DNA from: an uncultured Clostridia bacterium
GTDB taxonomy: Bacteria > Bacillota > Clostridia > Christensenellales > CAAEEZ01
Reading direction: 5' to 3'
Assembly: GCA_934365195.1 (NCBI GenBank)
Contig: CAKRNA010000008.1
Location: 3,995 to 67,994 of the forward strand
Length of the DNA: 64,000 nt
Part shown: one piece after another, positions 9,017 through 16,268 of the stretch
How positions within the stretch are numbered: position 1 is the stretch's first letter
Layout of the letters: each line of letters begins with the position of its first letter
Notes under the pieces: model-generated
Told to the model about the DNA's origin: nothing
What the model saw: the letters and a program-made list of their open reading frames with translations, nothing else
Database searches by the model: none
Position numbers and translations under genes: made by a program

Positions 9017-10489
9017 ATGAACGAAATTACAAGAAAAAACTTAAAACGTACTCGTAGATATCGCAGTATTTCCACGTATATTGCGCTGTTTAACCTTTTA
9101 ATTGCTATTGCGGTTACTGTTCCCGGCGTTATGAATAAGTCGCTTACCTGGGCAAGTGGCACAGTTATATACGCTATCATAAGTCTTATCTTTATGATAG
9201 GTAGCCTCGGCTATCTAGCGCCCTACTTCATACTTAAACACAAGGTCAACAACACGCCGTACAAGGTAAATTCTTTACTTGTGCCGATTAAAGAGAAGTA
9301 TGCCCCGCCAAGAACCGGTAAAAGTAGCAGTATGTATCTTGAGGCGCAATTTATACAGCCTGTTTTAGAGTTTCAACTTAGGTACGACTACTGGTATTAC
9401 AAAAATCATATCGAAAAATGGACTAAAGAGGGCAAAACCGACAAACTAATCAAGTGGGAAGTAATAAAAGCCTCGTATGAGTTTTGGGCAAGCCACGATT
9501 ACGCCTGGTGCGTAATGAGTTCATTGCCTTGTACGTACAAAGGCAAACAAGTTTTACAACTTAAAAAAGGACACCTATTACAACAAATATGGGCGCCTCG
9601 TTACACTTTATGGCTTATAGACGAAGCAGGCAAGTTTATGCCCCAACAATCTTTTGAAAACAAGATTACTGCCCTAGTGGACACTTACCGTGAGATAGGA
9701 CACTTTAAGTTTTGGTGTGTTTACTGCGAGCAACGTCAAGATAATATACAAATAGACGTAAGGTGTATGACACAATTAACTCAATGTATGCAAGGTCAAA
9801 AGAACTTTTGTAAACCGCATTTAATAGAACACTATTATAACCGATTACAAAGCAAAGCAATACTGCCTAAAAACGAAAATAACGTAGCCCTAGCGCTTAA
9901 ACTTGAACGGCTTAAGAATTATATTGACAGCATAGGTTTTCGTGTGTGGTACTCTACAATATGGCAATCAAACGGCAAAGAATTTACTAGCACTAAACTT
10001 ACGCTTTACTGGACACAAAATTTAGATTTTGACTATGATAACGAGTGTATGTTCGTAGCCTACAAGGCTGAACCTGACACCGTTAAAGAAAACGTTGCGT
10101 GGGAAAATACGTTGCTTACCAGGGAACAAGCGGACGAATTTTTTGCTCCGTACAAAAAACCGGACAAAAACGAGAGTTTAACTACTGAAGAACGCATTAA
10201 AAAACTTATTCCGGCGCTGAATTTTGACGTAGAACTGCCAAAAGATATAAACGTAGGGTTATTGCTTACCGAAATAAATAAATCCGACCTAGTTAAACGT
10301 TGGAAGAATTTGAGCGTAATACTAAAACATTACGACGAAATAACGTCGGGTAAGTATCGAAACAAGTCGGAAGAGGAAATTGCTGAAATCTGCAAGCAAA
10401 AAAACCGAGAAAAAGCAAAATCGGAAAAAGTAGTGCAATCAATAGAGCCGTCAGACGAAGACGACGGCGAAGTGCATTGCTTTGATTAG
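9017..10489 (+). CDS. Membrane-associated P-loop NTPase, Zot / filamentous-phage pI-like (tentative)
   Basis: There are two N-terminal TM helices. Walker A is APPRTGKS. Walker B LWLIDEAGKF is followed by YREIGHFKFWCVYCEQRQDNI, which resembles the Zot pattern FIDECGxxWP ... hRHhGWDIxxxTQ. Family assignment is from memory only. Confidence 0.5.
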   Translation: MNEITRKNLKRTRRYRSISTYIALFNLLIAIAVTVPGVMNKSLTWASGTVIYAIISLIFMIGSLGYLAPYFILKHKVNNTPYKVNSLLVPIKEKYAPPRTGKSSSMYLEAQFIQPVLEFQLRYDYWYYKNHIEKWTKEGKTDKLIKWEVIKASYEFWASHDYAWCVMSSLPCTYKGKQVLQLKKGHLLQQIWAPRYTLWLIDEAGKFMPQQSFENKITALVDTYREIGHFKFWCVYCEQRQDNIQIDVRCMTQLTQCMQGQKNFCKPHLIEHYYNRLQSKAILPKNENNVALALKLERLKNYIDSIGFRVWYSTIWQSNGKEFTSTKLTLYWTQNLDFDYDNECMFVAYKAEPDTVKENVAWENTLLTREQADEFFAPYKKPDKNESLTTEERIKKLIPALNFDVELPKDINVGLLLTEINKSDLVKRWKNLSVILKHYDEITSGKYRNKSEEEIAEICKQKNREKAKSEKVVQSIEPSDEDDGEVHCFD

Positions 10490-10504
10490 GCTTTATTAAG
10501 CCAC

Positions 10505-10640
10505 AGTCGGCTTGCCGACTATAAAAATACTGCCGGGGGGCATAGGGGGGACAAGTCCCCCCTAAGTTACCCGGCATTATATAAATTCTCCCAACCGCTT
10601 TATGAAAAGGTGTCGGGAAAACGGCGAATTTATAATTCGC
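10505..10640 (+). other. Cluster of perfect GC-rich hairpins in the non-coding right arm of the element
   Basis: AGTCGGC-TT-GCCGACT at 10505-10520. A nested hairpin TGCCGGG..AGGGGGGAC-AA-GTCCCCCCT..CCCGGCA at 10531-10576. GCGAATT-TAT-AATTCGC at 10624-10640. Confidence 0.8.
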
Positions 10641-10778
10641 TGTTGTCCTGACCGCTTTTTTATGCAAAAATTTATGAATTTTTGAGGGAATTTTTGACGT
10701 TAAACAGCAGCGTTGAGTTCCTGGGCTAACAACGGTGCCGTTCAGCGCCGCCACCGTCCTGGGCTATGCACCGGAATA

Positions 10779-10850
10779 GACAACCGGGGTTAAACAACGT
10801 GGTTAAAAATCGAAGTTAATCAACGTAGTCAAACTACGTGGTTTTTATAA
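10779..10850 (+). repeat. Copy 4 (partial) of the intergenic module, with a variant palindrome ACGTAGT-CAA-ACTACGT and no gene downstream
   Basis: 10779-10811 is identical to the first 33 nt of the core. Degenerate GGGCTA / GTTAAAC pieces occur at 10696-10778. Confidence 0.8.
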
Positions 10851-10938
10851 TAAAAAAGGCTACCGCTTTGGTAACCTTTAAAATTTGATAATGAGTGTCA
10901 AAATGAGTGTATATCTTGATTTTACTTACTTTTTAAAC

Positions 10939-10983
10939 CTGTTAACCGCAGGGTCGTTGGTTCGAGTCCAACTTGGGGAGCCA
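10939..10983 (+). other. Displaced 3' half of tRNA-Asn(GTT), from the anticodon loop to CCA; putative attR of the left element
   Basis: The fragment reads CTGTTAA CCGCA GGGTC GTTGG TTCGAGT CCAAC TTGGGGA G CCA. There is no matching 5' acceptor or D-arm upstream. Confidence 0.75.
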
Positions 10984-10987
10984 AAAG

Positions 10988-11019
10988 GGTAATTTTTAAC
11001 GAAATTACCCTATTTTTTT
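10988..11019 (+). terminator. Rho-independent terminator of the former tRNA-Asn gene
   Basis: GGGTAATTT-N5-AAATTACCC followed by a T7 run. Confidence 0.7.
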
Positions 11020-11090
11020 GCAATTTTTCCTTGTTTTTCGCTCCCTTTTATAGCGTTTTACCGCTAAAAAACCTAATTTTTTTGATTAGT

Positions 11091-11122
11091 GGTGTCAAAA
11101 TCGGTGTCAATTTTGGTGTCAA
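11091..11122 (+). repeat. Three exact GGTGTCAA direct repeats with 12-bp period
   Basis: The repeats start at 11091, 11103 and 11115. Two related GAGTGT(C/A)A units with the same 12-bp period lie at 10893-10915, on the other side of the tRNA fragment. Confidence 0.8.
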
Positions 11123-11296
11123 AAAGCACATTTTTTGCTTATCTTTTTTTTATTTTTTTAATATTGAAGTTTTAAAAATGCTAGGATAATGCAAAACGCA
11201 ACTAATTACCCACCTAATAAAAAATACGATAACCATAATATCGTTACAAAAATCTAAAATATTTAATAAATAAAAAAACCGAAACAAGCCGTTTGC

Positions 11297-11581
11297 TTAT
11301 TTCAGATTTTTCACAAGTTGTAATAATGCTTTTTTATTTTCGTTTGAAAGCAGCCTTACTCTTCTTATAAGTTCGTCTTCGCCTTCCTCTTCGCTAAAAA
11401 ACTCGGATAAAGTAATCCCAAATGCACCGCAAATCGCTCTTAACGTGGAAATTTTAGGCTCGCTTTTCCTTGAATATAGATTATTTAGAGTGGACTGAGT
11501 AAGCCCGCTCTCCATAGCAAGATAATTTATGGACCAGCCTCTCTCTTTTCTTAATACTTCAATTTTTTCAAGTACTTCCAT
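11297..11581 (-). CDS. XRE-family helix-turn-helix transcriptional regulator
   Basis: Cro/C1-type HTH: RKERGWSINYLAMESGLTQSTLNNLYSRKSEPKISTLRAICGAFGITLSEFF. Confidence 0.8.
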   Translation of the reverse strand: MEVLEKIEVLRKERGWSINYLAMESGLTQSTLNNLYSRKSEPKISTLRAICGAFGITLSEFFSEEEGEDELIRRVRLLSNENKKALLQLVKNLK

Positions 11582-11918
11582 ATTTGCTTACCCCTTATGT
11601 TAATATTTTACAACTTAAATGAGTTAAATACATAACCCACAACTATTGACATATAAACTCTTTTGAGTTAGTATAATAATTGAAGTAACAATACTTTAAT
11701 GGGGAATAATTGAATAAATTTTAATACTTATGCTATGCGTAATTATTATGGTTTTTTTATCTTTTATTATCTAAAATCCTACAAAATTTCCTCATTTCCT
11801 CTCGATTAAACCAAAAGTTTATCTATTCAACTAACAGTTGAGTTAATTACTACACTTTAATATTGTAAGAGTTTTTAAAAATTGTTATAATTATGTAAAA
11901 AACATAAGGAATTAAAAA

Positions 11919-12791
11919 ATGTACGGGGACAAAATATCACAATTAAGAAAAGAAGCAAATTTAACACAAGGTCAACTTGGTAATTTACTTAATGTAAGTG
12001 CTCAGGCAGTTTCAAAGTGGGAAAATAATTTATCAGAACCAGACCTTGCAACTGTAAAAAGGATTGCTAGTATATTTAATATATCTATTGATGAATTTCT
12101 AGATATCAAAATAGATAGCAACGTAGATGAAGAGACAACCAGTGTACAACAAAATAAAGAAGTTAGTGATGCAATTGCAAATGCTGTTACGGAAATAAAA
12201 GAAGATGTTATTGGGTATTGCACAAATTGTGGAACAAAGGTAACAAAAGACAATGTTGGAGTTACTAGTCCAAAAATTTTATGTAAAAAGTGTGCCGAAG
12301 AAGTAAGGCTAGAAGAAGATAAAAAAGAACGAGCAAAAGAGACGGCAAGACTAAATAAAAAGCAAGATTTAAGGACTAGAAAAAAGAAGAGCATTATTAA
12401 AGGTAGTATTGTAGCTGTATTAGTTTTTGTATTTGGTATGATGGTTACATTTGCAGATACTTCAGATGCCGCAGGTACAGTAGGCTTATTCTTTTTCTTC
12501 TTGTTTGTAACTTATGGAAGCTATGCTTTTACCGCAGAAATTGTTCTTGATAAAGGACCTATTGGCGATATATTATTATGGTTTGTTTCAAGGCCACTTC
12601 GTATGCCTGGTGTTATCTTTACACTTGATTTAAGTGGATTGTTTTTCTTGATATTTGTAAAACTAGGGCTTACAGTACTTAGTTTTATGTTAGGTGCATT
12701 ATTGTTTTTAGTGGGAGTATTTGTAGGCTTAATTGTTGCACCATTTTCGTTCCCATTTACAATACATAAAGTTAATAAAGAATTAAAATAA
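11919..12791 (+). CDS. Membrane-bound regulator: XRE HTH, zinc ribbon (CTNCG...CKKC) and a C-terminal multi-TM domain
   Basis: N-terminal HTH_3 motif LRKEANLTQGQLGNLLNVSAQAVSKWEN. A CxxC...CxxC pair. About 4 hydrophobic helices at the C-terminus. Confidence 0.75.
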   Translation: MYGDKISQLRKEANLTQGQLGNLLNVSAQAVSKWENNLSEPDLATVKRIASIFNISIDEFLDIKIDSNVDEETTSVQQNKEVSDAIANAVTEIKEDVIGYCTNCGTKVTKDNVGVTSPKILCKKCAEEVRLEEDKKERAKETARLNKKQDLRTRKKKSIIKGSIVAVLVFVFGMMVTFADTSDAAGTVGLFFFFLFVTYGSYAFTAEIVLDKGPIGDILLWFVSRPLRMPGVIFTLDLSGLFFLIFVKLGLTVLSFMLGALLFLVGVFVGLIVAPFSFPFTIHKVNKELK

Positions 12792-12817
12792 TATTAAAAA
12801 AACAAAAGGGGGAAAAA

Positions 12818-15295
12818 ATGAAAAAGAAAAGATTGCTAATGTTACTTACTGCAATTCTTGTTATTGCTTTGACATTTACACTTGTAGCCTGTGGCGGTGA
12901 TAAGGGAAACGATACACCAACTAAACCTGGCACAAGTCAAGATACCGGTGGTAGCACAGAGCCAGAATTAAAGGACTTAACAGGTTTTACATTTCCAAGC
13001 AAAACAGTAGATTATGATGGACACGAACAAAAAGTTGAAGTTGTTGGGGAATTGAATGGTGCAACCGTAACTTATACTAATAATAAGGCTACAAATGCAG
13101 GTACATATAATGCTAAAGCCGTAATATCTAAGGCTGGATATAAGGATTTAACATTAAATACAACCTTAACCATTAACAAAATTAATATGTCTGATAATAT
13201 TGTATTTAAAAATAGGACTTTTGAATACGATGCAACTGCACATAAAATAACTATTGAAGGTACAATACCTCAAGGTGCATCAGTTGTATATACTGGTGGT
13301 GAAGATGGTAAAAATGGTGCTACTAATGTAGGTGTATACGAGATTACTGCAACTGTTACATCAAACAACTATAATACAAAAGTATTAAAAGCTAATTTGA
13401 AAATCAACTCAACAGAGGAAGATTTAAATGTCGTTTTATATAAGGATATGTTGTTCTTCCAAAATCCATTACATAACAACTATTTCTATGGATATGATAA
13501 TGCAAATGTTTCATTTGTAAGCTATGATTCTCCAGTTTCATTTGCTATGGCTAATGAAAAGATGTATTTCTTTAGTAAAGGATTACTTTCAACAAGTATT
13601 TGTTCGTTTGATGCATTGGGTGGTAATAAAGTAACTAGTTTGTTAGAAGTAAACGGCGAAAACCTTGTAACAGATGGAATAAATCTATACTATGTAAACA
13701 ATAGCTTATTTAATGCAGAGGCTAATGGTATTTATAAGATAGCAATAGCAGACTTGGAAAACGAGAGTATTGACCCGATTCCAACAAAATTAACTAGTGT
13801 TAAAGCTGATTATTTAGCATACAACAATGGTTATATTTATTTTGCAAATAAAAAAGATGGCAATAAACTTTATAGAATAGCTACTACAGCTAACAACGGT
13901 ATAAGCACAAAAGTATACGATTATAAGGTTTCAGAGTTAATTGCATATGGCAATAAATTATACTTTAATAGACACAGCAACTTAACTGCAGCAATTTACA
14001 GTATTGATTTAACTTCTAATCCAGCATTGCCAGTTGTAGATAATAACAGTATCGTAAAGAAAATCACAGCATCAAAAGGTAAAAACCTAACAGTCATAAA
14101 TGATTATCTATTCTTTATGAATATTGATATGGCTACAACAACAATATTTGGGGATGGCATTTATAAAGCGAAATTAGATGGTAGTGCAAATGCAGAAAAA
14201 GTTATAGATGGTTCAGAAAATAAAGTGTATGCATTTACTGGTGATAATATGTATTTATATTATTACAAACAAAATGATAAGCACTTATATTCTTATGACT
14301 TAATAACAGGTAAAGAAAAAGATTGTATGGCAGGTTTTACACCACCAGAAGTAAAAGAAGTTATAACAACATATTATGAAAAAACTTTAGTTCATAATGG
14401 CGAAATGTATTATATCAATATGAAAGATGGTGGTAAACTTTATAAATACAATTTTGAAAACGGTAATGAATTTAGAATAACAGGTCTTCAAGTTGCAGAT
14501 TTTGCAATCAATGGCGATTATCTATACTTTGCATCAGTTAGATTTATGACTAATTTTGATTTATACAGAATTAACTTAATTAATGGTGAAATGGATAGAA
14601 TTTCTACAGATAAATGTTACTATTTAACATTTGATAATGATTGGATTTACTACTTAAACTTTAGTGGTAAAAACACATTAAATAAAATGAAACTTGATGG
14701 AACAAAAAATACTGTACTTTATCAAGAAAAGAAAGTAGCAGATAGACCTATTACACTAAAAGATGGTAAAATTTATTTTGTAAATGACCCATCAGTAGGC
14801 TACAAAAAGATGTTAACATACGATACTAAAAATGGTACAGTGCAAGAAGTTAATAAAGATACTTGTTCACCACTTGAATACATAATTGTTGGCAATAAGC
14901 TTATCGTAGTTAATGCACAAAAGAGCAATACTTTAGAGATTAGAGATTTAACAACAAACGCTATTCTAAATACAGTAAAACTAGGTGTTGATGATGCAAG
15001 AAGCCTTATGGTAGTAGGTAATGACTTATATTTCTATCGTAATGTAGCAGCAGGTAGTTCATCTAAAGGTTTATATAAACTAGATTTAACAAATAATAGT
15101 GCAACACCAGTATTGGTTGACGATATGGTTAGAGATGGTAAAACATACTATGTATCTAATGCTCAAATGGTTGACGGTAAATTGTACTTTATGAACGAAT
15201 GGCAAGTATTAAATTCAGTTCCAGAACCAACATTTAGTACAGGCAATCTATGTTCGTATGACTTTACCACAAAACAAATAGAAGTATTAAACTAA
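12818..15295 (+). CDS. Lipoprotein with MBG-like N-terminal domains and a DUF5050-type beta-propeller repeat region
   Basis: Lipobox LVAC|GG. Repeated xGxNLYYxN / DGxKLYR / DYLYF motifs are typical of DUF5050-like propellers. Confidence 0.7.
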   Translation: MKKKRLLMLLTAILVIALTFTLVACGGDKGNDTPTKPGTSQDTGGSTEPELKDLTGFTFPSKTVDYDGHEQKVEVVGELNGATVTYTNNKATNAGTYNAKAVISKAGYKDLTLNTTLTINKINMSDNIVFKNRTFEYDATAHKITIEGTIPQGASVVYTGGEDGKNGATNVGVYEITATVTSNNYNTKVLKANLKINSTEEDLNVVLYKDMLFFQNPLHNNYFYGYDNANVSFVSYDSPVSFAMANEKMYFFSKGLLSTSICSFDALGGNKVTSLLEVNGENLVTDGINLYYVNNSLFNAEANGIYKIAIADLENESIDPIPTKLTSVKADYLAYNNGYIYFANKKDGNKLYRIATTANNGISTKVYDYKVSELIAYGNKLYFNRHSNLTAAIYSIDLTSNPALPVVDNNSIVKKITASKGKNLTVINDYLFFMNIDMATTTIFGDGIYKAKLDGSANAEKVIDGSENKVYAFTGDNMYLYYYKQNDKHLYSYDLITGKEKDCMAGFTPPEVKEVITTYYEKTLVHNGEMYYINMKDGGKLYKYNFENGNEFRITGLQVADFAINGDYLYFASVRFMTNFDLYRINLINGEMDRISTDKCYYLTFDNDWIYYLNFSGKNTLNKMKLDGTKNTVLYQEKKVADRPITLKDGKIYFVNDPSVGYKKMLTYDTKNGTVQEVNKDTCSPLEYIIVGNKLIVVNAQKSNTLEIRDLTTNAILNTVKLGVDDARSLMVVGNDLYFYRNVAAGSSSKGLYKLDLTNNSATPVLVDDMVRDGKTYYVSNAQMVDGKLYFMNEWQVLNSVPEPTFSTGNLCSYDFTTKQIEVLN

Positions 15296-15328
15296 ATTAT
15301 TAGTTAACAAAAACCACTAATTTTAAAG

Positions 15329-15460
15329 TGCACCCCAGAAGTTAGACAAAAATATAAAACTTTTGGAGGTGCATTTTTAATGGCAAAAAAAGAACAAGCG
15401 TTTAGAAAATACTCGCCTGAGTTTAAGTTATCTGTTATACCGGATATGCGCGAAAATTTT
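15329..15460 (+). mobile_element. IS3-family remnant: left terminal repeat (TGCACCCCAGAAGTTAGAC) plus the truncated 5' end of orfA
   Basis: MAKKEQAFRKYSPEFKLSVIPDMRE resembles IS3/IS150 OrfA N-termini and then degenerates. No transposase body or right end is present. Confidence 0.5.
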
Positions 15461-15647
15461 ACAAAAAGGGAAAATTATATAAAAATAACTAAATTGATAA
15501 GTAGAAATGTAAGCACAATACCCCCACACATAACAGTATATTTTCCAATAATATAAATACAATTCGCTAATTATATAAACGCAAATCCCTTGCTAAATCG
15601 CCACCGTTGTGCTATAATTACCATTGCTAAAACTTAATACCGCTTGC

Positions 15648-15688
15648 GCTTCCGTAGTTAAATGGATATAACAGCCCCCTCCTAAGGG
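15648..15688 (+). other. 5' half of a disrupted tRNA-Arg(CCT): acceptor, D-arm, anticodon stem and loop; putative attL
   Basis: GCTTCCG TA GTTAAATGGATATAAC A GCCCC CTCCTAA GGG followed by non-tRNA sequence. The stems are complementary to the 3' half at 28806-28850. Confidence 0.75.
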
Positions 15689-15867
15689 TTTGCTATTCCT
15701 AATATGAACCCTTGAAAACGGGGCAAAACTATGCAAAAACCGCTCAAAATCGTGCATTTTGGCGATATGGCAGACGGCTAAAATAAAATTTGGTGACCTA
15801 AATGGTGACCACGGCGAAAAAAGTTCGCCAAAGTGGGTATTGCTATATCCTGTAAAATTTAATATAT

Positions 15868-15942
15868 CTTTCCGTAGTTAAATGGATATAACGGCGCCCT
15901 CCTAAGGCGCAATTTCGGGTTCGACTCCCGGCGGGAAGACCA
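15868..15942 (+). tRNA. tRNA-Arg (anticodon CCT), 75 nt with encoded CCA
   Basis: Manual cloverleaf. Acceptor CTTTCCG/CGGGAAG. D stem GTTA/TAAC. Anticodon arm GCGCC-CTCCTAA-GGCGC. T arm TCGGG-TTCGACT-CCCGG. Discriminator A, then CCA. Confidence 0.9.
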
Positions 15943-15946
15943 AAGA

Positions 15947-15971
15947 AACGACCGATTTCTCGGTCGTTTTT
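15947..15971 (+). terminator. Intrinsic terminator after tRNA-Arg
   Basis: AACGACCGA-TTTC-TCGGTCGTT followed by a T run. Confidence 0.7.
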
Positions 15972-16241
15972 GCATTGTAGTGCGTTATTTATTCTTTCTT
16001 AAATTCTGTCAGCATACGTAGATGCGCTTGCCTATAGTATTTTCTAAAGGTAGCCCACGGTAGGCTTGTATCCTGGGAGAAGGCGATTATCACGCCTATC
16101 AGTTCGCCTTAGTCCTTCGCCTCTGTAATTACCTTTTCATAATCCATTTTATTTACACTGTTTGCTCCCTATCTTTGATAAATATACAATACAGCAAATG
16201 AAAATTTAAGTCCAATAAAACCCGCCAAAAACCCAAAGAAA

Positions 16242-16265
16242 AACGACCGAATCATCGGTCGTTTT
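16242..16265. terminator. Second copy of the same hairpin; a bidirectional terminator at the 3' end of the ATPase gene
   Basis: AACGACCGA-ATCA-TCGGTCGTT with T runs on both strands. The context CCAAAGAAA(AA)CGACCGA duplicates 15941-15971. Confidence 0.65.
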
Positions 16266-16268
16266 TAC

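Larger units (their letters stand above)
1..10983 (+). mobile_element. Right-hand part of an integrated element whose left end and any integrase lie upstream of the window. Candidate inovirus-like or unclassified small prophage/element.
   Basis: All ORFs are on the + strand, tightly packed, with strong GGAGG-type RBS. No core-metabolism genes are present. The right border is a displaced 3' half of tRNA-Asn(GTT) at 10939-10983, followed by that tRNA's own terminator. Confidence 0.55.

Noticed and set aside
10293-10754. 153-aa minus-strand ORF at the end of the left element
   Set aside because: It overlaps the 3' end of the ATPase gene and runs through the GC-rich hairpins and the repeat-module debris. 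It has no RBS, and its Arg/Cys/Pro-rich composition is typical of antisense or structured DNA.
10921-10983. Possible complete tRNA (a loop TTAACCG could be read as anticodon AAC)
   Set aside because: There is no 5' acceptor strand (TCCCCAA) or D-arm upstream. The sequence aligns as the 3' half of a tRNA-Asn, with loop CTGTTAA and anticodon GTT, starting exactly at the anticodon loop.
15380-15553. 57-codon ORF starting MAKKEQAFRKYSPEFKL... as a functional IS3 transposase OrfA
   Set aside because: Only the first ~26 codons resemble OrfA and the rest is unrelated AT-rich sequence. There is no orfB, frameshift site or right inverted repeat. It is called a remnant.
15973-16233. Minus-strand reading MDYEKVITEAKD*GELIGVIIAFSQDTSLPWATFRKYYRQAHLRMLTEF as a gene
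   Set aside because: It is interrupted by a stop after 12 codons and has no recognisable family. It is regarded as a decayed fragment between the duplicated terminator hairpins.
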